Shown piece after piece: positions 14,101 through 24,621 of a DNA stretch of 64,000 bases. Source of the DNA: Macrostomum lignano (taxonomy: Eukaryota); the NCBI GenBank assembly GCA_002269645.1, contig NIVC01003477.1:32015-96014 (forward strand), given 5' to 3'. The notes under the pieces are model-generated. The model had not been told where the DNA came from. It saw only the letters and a program-made list of their open reading frames with translations, and did no database searches. Within the stretch, counting starts at the first letter, position 1. Each line of letters opens with the position of its first letter. The position numbers and the translations under genes are program-made.

Positions 14101-17100
14101 GCGGGGCAGCGGGTAGTGCTCCGGCTTGCTCGCCGCGTTGTATGTCAGCTTGTAGTCTCCGCAAATCCGAACGCTGCCGTCCTTCTTGACGACCGGCACG
14201 ATCGGCGCAGCCCAGTCGCTGTGCTTCACGACGGTTATGATGCCACTGGACTCCATGCGCTGCAGTTCGGCGTCGACGCGCTCGCGCAGCGCGTAGGGGA
14301 CCGGCCGCGCCTTGAAGAACCTGGGCTGAGCGTCCTCGGAGACTTGAAGCCGCACCTGGCCGTGCCGGAACTCGCCTAGGCCGTCCTCGAAGACTGGTGC
14401 GAACTCCTTGACGATGCTGCCGATGTCTTCGGAGTCGTGGACGGCGTGAACCTGCGCCATGATGCTCGGCCAGTCTAGCCGCAGCTTGGCCAGCCAGTCG
14501 CGGCCGAGCAGGGCCGTGTCGCCGTGCTTGACGATCAGCAGGGGCAACTGCAGCTGCTGACCATCTTGCTGAACGGAGACCAACGCTTGGCCGAGAGGGC
14601 GGAACTGCTCGTCGGTGAAGGTGCGTAGGACAGCAACGGACGGTGACATGGAGAGCCGCGGTAGAAGCATGAGCTGCAGAAACTCGGGCATCAGAGTGAC
14701 GGCGGAGCCCGTATCGATGACGAACCGGCATGGCTGGCCATTGACTTGCAGCTGCACCGTCGGACCCGCGTTGCTACCAGCCGGCTGCACGGCAAAAATC
14801 GGCAGCTGCGCGGAGGCTTCCGGTGGTGGTGTCGGTGTCGCTTCTTGTAGAAAATGCAGCTTGGCTGAGCGACAGACCTTGCGAATATGGCCCGTCTTTC
14901 CGCACGCGTGGCATTTAGCGTCTCGCAGCTTACACTGCTGGCGACTGTGAGCACCGCCGCAGCTTGCACAGGTGCCACTGCCGGTGTTGCCGCTGCTGCC
15001 GACTCCGCTTCTGCTGTTGTTGCCACCGCCCTTGCGCTGCTGCGAACCTTCGAGCGCTGGCTTGGGTCCTTGGTGCTTATTCAGCTGGTGAGCGCGCAGC
15101 TGGGCTACTTGTGCTGCTGACTTCTGCGCCATCTCCGATGATGACCGCTCCACTGCCTCGAGGGATAGAACTCTCTCCTGCAGCGAGTTGAAGGTGGGAT
15201 TTTTCTCCTCCAGCAGCTTCGCTCGGTAGGCATCGCTGTGCAGGCCGAAAACCAGCTGGTCTCGCAGTCGCTCGTCTAGAGTGCCGCCGAAGTGACAGTG
15301 CTCACACGGGGAAGCACTGAAATTGCAGTGACTTGACAAGGCCTTCAGGCTGGCAACAAACTCGGCAAGGCTCTCGCCAGGCTGCTGCAGGCGTCTTTGG
15401 AACCGAAATCTGGCTGCCAACTCGGACGGCTTTGGAGCGTAGTGGTCCTCCAGAATCTTGGTCAGCTGGGCCAGAGACTTGTCGGAGACCTTGGCAGGTA
15501 GACACAGGTTTCTCAATACGGTATATGCCTCCTCACCGATGGCAGTGACGAGTGTGGCCACTTTAGCTTCTTCCTTTACCTCCTTGCAGGTAAAGTAATG
15601 GTCGAGCCGTTCCAGCCAGACCTCAATGTTAGTATTGGCAGTTAGTATTGGAATTCCACCCAGCGCGGAGCTCGTCGCCATTGTAATATATTGAAGCTAA
15701 AGGCTTGTAGTGAATGCGTAGGAAAGTTGAACGTGGAGAGCCAGTACACACAACCGGGCTCTTATATGACTTGTTTATTCTTATTCATCAACCCTAGGAC
15801 TAAAGAGGGTGGTTGGCCTGACTGCTCAGACCCCACCATGCTAGCCACGCGTAAAACGCAAACAACCCGACGCAGTGCACATGCACTGAAACACACTAGC
15901 CAATCAGCGCGCACGCAAATACTAACTAACTAAGAATGCACAAAGCATAATATTGCAATAATAAAAATACACTAGCATATCGCCACAATGTCACAGTTAG
16001 CATTTTTGTTGTGTTTTAGAAGCAGATTTAAGTCGGTTTAGAAGGTGGAAGGATAACAGTCCACAACTGAAGATTTGGAGGGTGGGGTGGGTGTAGCAGC
16101 CCACAACTGAAGATTTGGAGGGTGGGGTGGGTGTAGCAGCCCACAACTGAAGATTTGGAGGGTGGGGTGGGTGTAGCAGCCCACAACTGAAGATTTGGAG
16201 GGTGAGGTGGGTGTAGCAGCCCACAACTGAAGATTTGGAGGGTGGGGTGGGTGTAGCAGCCCACAACTGAAGATTTGGAGGGTGGGGTGGGTGTAGCAGC
16301 CCACAACTGAAGATTTGGAGGGTGGGGTGGGTGTAGCAGCCCACAACTGAAGATTTGGAGGGTGGGGTGGGTGTAGCAGCCCACAACTGAAGATTTGGAG
16401 GGTGGGGTGGGTGTAGCAGCCCACAACTGAAGATTTGGAGGGTGAAGGATCGGAGGGTGGGGTGGGTGTAGCAGCCCGCAAATGAAGGATCGGAGGGTGG
16501 GGTGGGTGTAGCAGCCACAACTGAATATTTGGGTGGGGTAGGGTGGGGTGGGGCAGCAGCGAACCGAAAGCACCCTTTGGCTTAACACTTCAGTCGTACT
16601 AACAATATTGACATTCCCATTCCAGGTAAACCACGTGTACCAATTCGAGTACGTATCTCAGCACCTGGTGTTCGCCAACTGCATCCCGCTAGTGCTGAAA
16701 TTCTTCAATCAGAACATTCTTAGCTACGTAGAATCGAAGAATAACATTTCTCAGTTAGATTTCCCGGCTTGCGTTGTACGCTCGGGCGAGGACTCGATGC
16801 TGACTTCGTCTGGCGCTGGCAGCGGCGCTGTCTCGGCTGTGTCGGCAATGTCCGAAGCCGAGGCTCTGGCCCAGGAGCCCAGCTTTCCGGGCGATTTCTG
16901 CTGGCGCAATTTGTTCAGCTGCGTCAATCTGTTGCGCGTGCTGAACAAGCTGACCAAGTGGAAGCACAGCCGGACCATGATGCTGGTTGTGTTCAAGTCC
17001 GCCCCGATTTTAAAGCGAGCCTTGAAAGTTCGCAATCCGCTGCTGCAGGTGAGCTGTTGTTGGCTCCTGGGAGGGGACGTGGGTTCGAATCAAGGACGGC

Positions 17101-20100
17101 TTAAGTGAAAGCAATCTTTTAGTTGGAAGCAGATCGAATGCTCATCGAGAAGAAATCTATTGATTCGAAAATTATTTTTAACTTTCCAGACTGTGTTTAC
17201 TCTTGTGAACGACAGTAATGTCTAAATTAGATGAAATTTTAGCTACAATGCCTTGTATGCCTGCTTAACTCGACTGCAGTGCTTCAGTTCACCCAGCTGT
17301 AAGATGGCTGCCAGCATTAGCTGGGGTGATTGAGGCTGTGTGTGGTGACCCCCCAGTCCTTGGACTGAACAGCCGTACGCAGCCTTCAGATGCGCCGCGC
17401 AATAGCTGCGGCTGAGCTGTAGGTTGCACATTTGCTCATTAGGGCAGGTGTGAATCAGTTATTATATTATTATTATAATCATACGAAAGGTTCTATTACA
17501 GAAAAAATTAAATAATTTTTGTCATTTTTATACGGTTAAAACTTTCAGAAATATTTAGCAAAAAGAAACTGAAAAAATTAACGTCGTAATAATTAAGAAA
17601 ACAACATCAAGTCGACTTTCGCTTTGATCTACGGCCTACTGACCAATGCCTCCCTGGGAACTGACTTAGTGAAAACACCTTTCAAGTTCACGTCAAAGAA
17701 AAAGTGACTCGGAAACGCTTTGAAAGAAACTAAGCCACTGGTTTGGGGGACTGATAATTAACAAATTTTAAATTTGAGCTTGCTGCAGGATCTTAAATAT
17801 TTAGTTTGCCGAAAACTTTATCGCTCAGGATAGATGAGTATATATAGTTGGTTATGTAAGTAACAAACTGCGAAGCTATGATTAGCAGCAAGTCGAATTT
17901 GGTAGTAGCAATCAACTTCTAGATGCAAAAAATGCAACTATCTGCTTGTTAGAATGTTCTCTGCAATCAAACAGCCGAGTAGTCAATGCTCAATTCAGCG
18001 CGAGAACTTTTCCCAGTTGGCGTCAGTCTCGATTGCAGCTTCAACAGCCGCGTCTCCGTGTAGAATCTGCCGACAAGCCGATGTAGCCTTGTTGAATAAG
18101 ACAGACTTGCAGACTGGATTGTTGGCGCATAGAAAGGCGCAATGAATCTCACTATGAACAGTCAGTTGCTCGCCAATGCATTTGAACGGTGAAACTTCTG
18201 GCGGCTTGTTCGTAGGCAGGTCGATCTTGGAAAATACAGTCTTGCTGCTGTAGCCCTGCAGTCCTGGCTCGCAGATGAAGCCATATTTGGTGCTGCAAAT
18301 GCCGTCGCAGAGTCTCAGTGGCGAGAAACTATTTTGGCCTAGTAATATCAGACAGTCATCAGTGCTGTCTTTATTGTCTGGCCTTCCAGTATACCAAAAG
18401 TCATTGTTGACAGGCAGCTCTCCATCGTCAGTGCTTATCCAACCAGCCCTAGACTGACCGGTCTCTTTCAACATGTCAGTGAAGCCTAAATGGTATCTTT
18501 CAATGTTGCCGCGTGGACCTAGTTTAGGCTGCAATGCGATTAGAGTGCTTACAGTGCTCAACAACCGGCCGCCAATTAAGTTGCAGAAGGCTTGAGCATC
18601 GCACCAGTTCAAATTTTTATTGCCAGATTGTAGCGGCTTGATGTACAGACAGAATCCATTCTGCATAGTGAAGTTTGCTGGGCAACTAGTTGCAAAAGAC
18701 GCCTGCACGATAATAAGTTGGAAACTCAGGAGGTTGAGTAGACTGCTCAGCAAAGACGCGTCGACTTTGACGAGCATGACGATTCACTTGGTAGATTACG
18801 TCGTATTTCTGAGCTTGCTTGGGTGAAAACCGAACGTTGGATGTAGTTAACTGTTTTTTGAAGACTTGAGCATATCTAAATAACAGTCCGTATGCAATAT
18901 GAGAAAATTTGCCAAATGCTATCCGCTTTGTCTGTATTATTTGAAGAAAATCAAGCTGTTTCTAGAGCATAAAACTGAAGACAATGATTGACAGCAAGAA
19001 AAAAGCCATGACACAATGGCTGTTGTTAATTGGCTATTTTATCTGTGAAACCTGTATTCTGACATTGTCAATGTTTGCCAATTAAGTATACAGTAGTTTG
19101 GATATCTACACGTTTATAATGCTTGCTACAAAAACGACTGCTTGTTAAAATTCAAAGAAATATGGGAACGCCTACAGATGTATCAAACAGCAGAGCTAAA
19201 AGCACAATCGTTTGGCTGCAATGTAACCTATTGTAAGAGGATCAAGCCGCATATTAAAATTAAATACGAAAATTTAAAAACCTTGAAGGTACATTTGCCA
19301 AATAACCAGGATGAAAAATTACCCTAAACGACTCTTCTCGCTTCTTGGACCATATGAAATATTTAATAATCGATTAAACGAACTTACCAATGTCCGATCT
19401 GTACGGCCTTTGCAGTAAATGTGCTTGCTTTACGGGTTATGTGAAACCATAAATTCTGCACTATGAATAGTGTTAATGGTGTTAATTGTTATCGGACCGA
19501 TGATAAATTAAAACAGCCTTTTAGAGGAATATGATACTTCCGAAACGCATGCGTTAGTCGAAAAATTCAGGCTAAAACAGAAAACTTTTGAAAAATCATG
19601 GAGCTACGAGTATAGATCGATCGAATAAAAAATAGTTGCTCTAGGAATACAGTAACCTGCTAAAATGACAAGCAAGCAATTTAAAACAATCTAAGAATTG
19701 AAACAGGGAGATACAACAAGGGTCAAATGTAAGCGTTATTGCAATACTAATGTGAAAAATGCTTTCCTAATAACTGCCCACATCAGGTTGGACAGCTATA
19801 GGTCTCAGCTTAAGAAAATTTGTCCCAACATAATGATTCAACATAGCATTAACAGTTCTCTACAATTTTAATCAAGGTGTACGCACTGAAGCTGATCAAA
19901 GCGCAGACAAAGTACATGGGCCGGCAGTGGCGCAAGATTAACATGACAACAATGTCGGCAATTTATGAGAAAGTCCGACATCGCCTAACAGACGATTGGG
20001 CGTTTGCCAACGATCTGGATGCTAGGCCGTGGGATTTTCAAGCCGAAGAATGCTCATTGCGCAGCGCCGTAGATCGGTTCAATCAGCGCAGGTACTCGGC

Positions 20101-20284
20101 AACTGGGCCGGCGGCCACTTTGCCAGACACCCTGGCCCCGGTTGACAACAATGTTAGCAGCGTGTTGAGCACCCAGGTGACTTTGACAGATCATTTCAAG
20201 AGGAATTATCAGCACTGGCTTGAGCAGGAGGTGTTCTCCGCGCCTATTAATTGGGACCTAGTGTTGAGCTCTATGCGTACCTGA
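5147..20284 (+). CDS. STRIP1: Striatin-interacting protein (STRIP1/2, FAM40/Far11 family), ~945 aa; exons 5147-5978, 6731-6942, 7818-8151, 8475-8824, 11055-11333, 16626-17048, 19877-20284
   Basis: Hallmark segments: YADAD...[57 protein letters not shown]|[63 protein letters not shown]. All six introns are GT-AG and phase-compatible (total 2838 nt). Confidence 0.95.
6068..6680 (+). repeat. Intronic minisatellite, 24-bp unit GAAAATCGCCCCTGAACTTACCCT
   Basis: STRIP intron 1; degenerates toward its 3' end. Confidence 0.95.
7125..7720 (+). repeat. Intronic minisatellite, 23-bp unit CCACCCACCTCTGCCCTAATTAG
   Basis: STRIP intron 2. Confidence 0.95.
8225..8456 (+). repeat. Intronic minisatellite, 33-bp unit GAATGACTAGATTTCCTTCACAATGAGCAGTTA
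   Basis: STRIP intron 3; GAATG at 8343, 8376, 8409, 8442. Confidence 0.9.
8975..10948 (+). repeat. Intronic minisatellite, 15-bp unit TTTAGCACCAGGGGC, with blocks of variant units
   Basis: STRIP intron 4; source of the spurious (APGAL)n, (VLKPL)n and (STRGF)n ORFs. Confidence 0.97.
11343..11656 (-). repeat. 3' LTR (314 bp)
   Basis: Direct repeat of 15682-15995; adjoins the PPT. Confidence 0.95.
11683..15681 (-). CDS. Single Gag-Pol polyprotein, 1332 aa (gag-PR-RT-RNaseH-IN)
   Basis: Two gag knuckles ([27 protein letters not shown]), protease [18 protein letters not shown], RNase [10 protein letters not shown], integrase [29 protein letters not shown]. Uninterrupted ORF. Confidence 0.97.
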   Translation of the reverse strand: MATSSALGGIPILTANTNIEVWLERLDHYFTCKEVKEEAKVATLVTAIGEEAYTVLRNLCLPAKVSDKSLAQLTKILEDHYAPKPSELAARFRFQRRLQQPGESLAEFVASLKALSSHCNFSASPCEHCHFGGTLDERLRDQLVFGLHSDAYRAKLLEEKNPTFNSLQERVLSLEAVERSSSEMAQKSAAQVAQLRAHQLNKHQGPKPALEGSQQRKGGGNNSRSGVGSSGNTGSGTCASCGGAHSRQQCKLRDAKCHACGKTGHIRKVCRSAKLHFLQEATPTPPPEASAQLPIFAVQPAGSNAGPTVQLQVNGQPCRFVIDTGSAVTLMPEFLQLMLLPRLSMSPSVAVLRTFTDEQFRPLGQALVSVQQDGQQLQLPLLIVKHGDTALLGRDWLAKLRLDWPSIMAQVHAVHDSEDIGSIVKEFAPVFEDGLGEFRHGQVRLQVSEDAQPRFFKARPVPYALRERVDAELQRMESSGIITVVKHSDWAAPIVPVVKKDGSVRICGDYKLTYNAASKPEHYPLPRIEDLFAKLGGGCKWTKLDLSNAFLQLPLADDSKAFLTINTPRGLFQVNRLPFGITSASAIFQRTLDTLLGDLDAVQVFVDDILVTGSTLQQHKRNLALVLRRLKDAGLRLNKEKCKFFEDSVEYLGHRIDASGLKPLPDRVAAVQDAPAPKDVSQLRSFLGMLAQYCKFLPNLSTVLAPLHQLLAKNTRWSWGPPQQQAFAEAKRLLLESPVLVHYNPNLPLRLECDASPYGLGVVLTHRIDDKDCAVAFASRSLTAAQRGYSQLDKEALAIMFGLHRFHQFLYGRRFTIVTDHLPLLGLLGERKGIPAHAAARMQRWAIRLSSYDYTLEFRPTEKHANCDSLSRLPLPHLFEEEPAVNSLLLDEGSGSAITALAVARHTRTDVSLGRVLRCLQTGAPIGDDLSDFARRQSELSVDQDCVLWGARVVVPTALRRRVIQELHQAHPGISRMRALARSYVWWPGLDGDLEAAAKSCRTCQLNQPDPPKAPVQPWPLPSEPWERLHIDFAGPVDGHTYLVVVDAHSKWPEVQRMRGTTSAATIAALREMFARQGIPRTLVSDNGPQFASAEFAEFTRANGIRHVFSAPFHPATNGQAERFVQVLKRHLLKSGHSDVELQRLLLSYRNTPHSISGAAPSQLLIGRRLRCRLDLLAPSLADDVQRRQERQLQGRRPAREFQPGDHVLLRDYSAGARAGDTPRWAEGVVTGAGSRNYTVDSERGQHFRHADQLVAARADSADTVHPPPATDDGAAPSDSGVQSADAAAVADTACGASSGTDDEHASGVRHEPGTTRRYPLRVRGPPQRLQL
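15682..15995 (-). repeat. 5' LTR (314 bp)
   Basis: Direct repeat of 11343-11656; adjoins the PBS. Confidence 0.95.
16058..16540 (+). repeat. G-rich intronic minisatellite, 40-bp unit CCACAACTGAAGATTTGGAGGGTGGGGTGGGTGTAGCAGC
   Basis: STRIP intron 5, downstream of the LTR element. Confidence 0.95.
17282..17476 (+). mobile_element. SINE 3' portion with (TTA)n-like tail
   Basis: Clearly homologous to 25956-26124 (CTTCAGTTCACC.AGCTGTAA.ATGG.TGCCAGCATTAGCTG...CAGTCCTTGGACTGAACAGCCGTACGCAG.CTTCAGATGCGCC). A B-box-like GGTTCGAATC lies upstream at ~17079. Confidence 0.65.
17995..18777 (-). CDS. Secreted C-type lectin domain + PAN/apple domain protein, 260 aa, intronless, nested antisense in STRIP intron 6
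   Basis: Hydrophobic N-terminus. CTL pattern CPANF...C...W..A..FC...[12 protein letters not shown]...C...CDGIC...FICE. C-terminal PAN pattern C...[25 protein letters not shown]. Confidence 0.85.
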   Translation of the reverse strand: MLVKVDASLLSSLLNLLSFQLIIVQASFATSCPANFTMQNGFCLYIKPLQSGNKNLNWCDAQAFCNLIGGRLLSTVSTLIALQPKLGPRGNIERYHLGFTDMLKETGQSRAGWISTDDGELPVNNDFWYTGRPDNKDSTDDCLILLGQNSFSPLRLCDGICSTKYGFICEPGLQGYSSKTVFSKIDLPTNKPPEVSPFKCIGEQLTVHSEIHCAFLCANNPVCKSVLFNKATSACRQILHGDAAVEAAIETDANWEKFSR

Positions 20285-21211
20285 TGTCGAGGACTTCTAG
20301 TATTTTGTTTATAGTTGAATTATTCAGACTGCACTGGCTTATTTGTTTATTTTTTATGTATCATAGTAATGCTATGCTGTAGCGTAAATCGCGTTGTTGA
20401 CTAATCAATTTTTGTATCAAATGTGGAGTTAACTTTAGCTAATCATTATATAAAGCATGTTTTGGAGGGTTAAATACGGAGTAGTTAAATAGAAAGCATG
20501 AAAGCATTAGTAGTAGTGTATGCTTGTATCTGACAAGTTTAGGTTTACAAAAACAAATTTGTTTATTAAAAATTTACAAGCGTTATATATTAGTTTGCTA
20601 GGATTTTGAGTAAATTCCATGCCTGTGCTGACTAACCGCTTATAATAACTGTTCACTTATTCAAATGCGTGCCTCTTGAACTTCGCTTATTTATATTTGC
20701 GCGACCGTCAAATAATTCAAGTGCTTCTCAATAACTTATTAATAATACAAGCTCCTAGTTTTGTTTTCATTTTTTTCTGTTTCATCACGCTTTTTTTAAT
20801 TTGTACGTTTCAATGCTAAAATGCGCTGTATTCTACTATACAGTAGTGAGAAATTGCTATATAGAGAGTGCAAGTGTAATATTGGTGAATTAGTTCTATG
20901 ATAATCTATCACCTCTCGCGTGCATGCTGGCTAATAAATATTTATACAAACCCGCTGTCCTCTAAATTTTATTTCACCATTGAATTCAGTTTGCAAATAA
21001 AATGTCGTCTTCGGTTTATTTAGATTTTTTATGTTTATGGGGTTCATAGTAGGAATTATAGATTTTTCTATTGCAATGGAACTTTTTTAAATAAGACGAG
21101 AACTTCAGGTGGACCATTTTTGAACTTTTGTGACCCACCAGGCTTCAGGGATCTTAGGCCTAGGAGATGCATTCAGGGCTAAGGTGCCAGGCGCTCATCG
21201 TGCTCAAGCTG

Positions 21212-22158
<947 letters not shown>

Positions 22159-22162
22159 TTCA

Positions 22163-22266
22163 ATTAACACAGCAACAACACTAACAACAGCACTACAACA
22201 TCAGCAGCAACATTAATAGCAGCAACAACATTAACAACAACATTAACAGCAGCAACAACAACAACA
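22163..22266 (+). repeat. (CAA/CAG)n-type microsatellite
   Basis: Read directly. Confidence 0.8.
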
Positions 22267-22409
22267 ATTTTAGTTTGTCTTTATTTAGCTACTTTGAGTA
22301 GAAACCTAAGTAAATTTTAGTTTTTTGCATGTTTTATTTCAAAAAAAGCATTTTTCGATTTTTTAATGCATGCTATCATATTAACAAACAAACAAAGCTT
22401 GCAGTCAGC

Positions 22410-22724
22410 ATGGGTGGAGACTCTCACGGTCACGGTCACGGTACTAAATGGATACCACCAGATTGGCGCCAATACAAAATCCAAGACGCGCCCAGAGTTC
22501 AACAGCACGTTGACAGGCTAGCCGCCATAGGCCTGAAAGATCCTTGGGCTCGCAACGAAGTTTGGCGCTATCACTCCGAGTTTTATAAGCCGCCAAATCG
22601 TTGGATTATGTGGTTAATCACCCGCGGTGCTCCCTACGGCATCGCCGCCTTTGGCACTGTCATCGTATTGGAGAAATTGTACGGCTATGTGAATAGAAAG
22701 CACGGGCACGATGGGCATCACTAA
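22410..22724 (+). CDS. NDUFB3: NADH dehydrogenase (ubiquinone) 1 beta subcomplex subunit 3 (B12), 104 aa
   Basis: MGGDSHGHGHG..WIPPDWRQYKI...LAAIGLKDPWARNEVWRY...single TM...HGHDGHH matches the NDUFB3 pattern (His-rich N-terminus, DPW.RNE.WRY). Confidence 0.92.
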   Translation: MGGDSHGHGHGTKWIPPDWRQYKIQDAPRVQQHVDRLAAIGLKDPWARNEVWRYHSEFYKPPNRWIMWLITRGAPYGIAAFGTVIVLEKLYGYVNRKHGHDGHH

Positions 22725-23159
22725 GCATTGATTGTGTCGTTTTCGGATTCTGTTGGTCTGCTGTAAATTTGAGTAGTTAATCTATATTTAACTAATTTTA
22801 GATTGACAAACAAATAACAACAGAAAAACTCGAGCTAATACTACTTACTTAGATCGGTAATAGTAGTAGTAGTAGTTTAGTAAAAAAAGTGTCTCCTTTG
22901 TTAGCTTTTTAAATTTCACAACAATATACGAGCTATATATAATATGCTATAGAAGAGACTAGTGCAGTCAATTTAGCAGTTTTCTTTAAGCCTTACAAAC
23001 TGTTTTGTGTTTCTTATTTATTGCTTTGGATCTTATTTCCATCGTTTAGAATTCTCAGTGGCAGATTATGGAATAGATTTTTTTCGAAGCCATCATATAG
23101 CCTTTTCTAGTTCTCCCATGGATTCCTTATGCTTTCCTATGGTCCCCTATAAATTTAGA

Positions 23160-24345
23160 TGGTGTCTCCTATAAATTCCTATGAATCCATATAGTCTCCT
23201 ATGGGTCCCTATATGGTCTCCTATGAATGCATATAGTCTCCTATGGGTTCCTATGGTCTCCTATGAATCCATATAGTCTCCTATGGGTTCCTATGGTCTC
23301 CTATGAATCCATATAGTCTCCTATGGGTTCCTATGGTCTCCTATGAATCCATATAGTCTCCTATGGGTTCCTATGGTCTCCTATGAATCCATATAGTCTC
23401 CTATGGGTTCCTATGGTCTCCTATGAATCCATATAGTCTCCTATGGGTTCCTATGGTCTCCTATGAATCCATATAGTCTCCTATGGGTTCCTATGGTCTC
23501 CTATGAATCCATATAGTCTCCTATGGGTTCCTATGGTCTCCTATGAATCCATATAGCCTTCTATGGGTTCCTATGGTCTCCTATGAATCCATATAGTCTC
23601 CTATGGGTTCCTATGGTCTCCTATGAATCCATATAGTCTCCTATGGGTTCCTATGGTCTCCTATGAATCCATATAGTCTCCTATGGGTTCCTATGGTCTC
23701 CTATGAATCCATATAGTCTCCTGTGGGTTCCTATGGTCTCCTATGAATCCATATAGTCTCCTATGGGTTCCTATGGTCTCCTATGAATCCATATAGTCTC
23801 CTATGGGTTCCTATGGTATCCTATGAATCCATATAGTCTCCTATGGGTTCCTATGGTCTCCTATGAATCCATATAGTCTCCTATGGGTTCCTATGGTCTC
23901 CTATGAATCCATATAGTGTCCTATGGGTTCCTATGGTCTCCTATGAATTCATATAGTCTCCTGTGGGTTCCTATGGTCTCCTATGAATCCATATAGTGTC
24001 CTATGGGTTCCTATGGTCTCCTATGAATCCATATAGTGTCCTATGGGTTCCTATGGTCTCCTATGAATCCATATAGTCTCCTGTGGGTTCCTATGGTCTC
24101 CTATGAATCTATATAGTCTCCTGTGGGTTCCTATGGTCTCCTATGAATCTATATAGTCTCCTGTGGGTTCCTATGGTCTCCTATGAATCTATATAGTCTC
24201 CTGTGGGTTCCTATGGTCTCCTATGAATCCATATAGCCTTCTATGGGTTCCTATAGTCTCCTATGAATCCATATAGTCTCCTATGGGTTACTATGGTCTC
24301 CTATGAATCCATATAGTCTCCTATGGGTTCCTATGGTCTCTTATG
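23160..24345 (+). repeat. Minisatellite, 40-bp unit built of four diverged 10-mers (CTATGGGTTC CTATGGTCTC CTATGAATCC ATATAGTCTC)
   Basis: About 29 near-identical units. Confidence 0.97.
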
Positions 24346-24621
24346 GATTCTTATGATCTCGTGTGGATTCCTATAGTCTTTTATGGATTCTTTTTTATTC
24401 CTTTGGACTTCTACAAACTCCTACAGACTCCTATGGATTCTTGTGGTCTCTTTTTGTCTCTTATGGAGTGTTATAGATCCGTGTGGATTTCTCATTCAGC
24501 CGTCTTTGAAAATTAAAGTTTCAAATGTTGCTAGTCTCATGGTGGTTTTTATATAAATAACTAACTTCGAATTTGCAGCTCTGTCGTTAGTTGGACTCAC
24601 AGAATTTTTGTTTTTGTCGTC

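Larger units (their letters stand above)
11343..15995 (-). mobile_element. Intact Ty3/gypsy LTR retrotransposon (Mag-like), 4653 bp, antisense in STRIP intron 5
   Basis: LTRs 11343-11656 and 15682-15995 (314 bp each, TGT...ACA, no mismatch seen by eye). 5-bp TSD GTTAG at 11338-11342 and 15996-16000. PBS TGGCGACGAG at 15671-15680 and polypurine tract AGGGGGGAAG at 11657-11666 (both - strand). Confidence 0.97.

Noticed and set aside
11718-15548. Many overlapping and antisense ORFs within the retroelement (e.g. 11833-12783, 316 aa)
   Set aside because: Shadow ORFs of GC-rich pol codon usage; no recognisable motifs.
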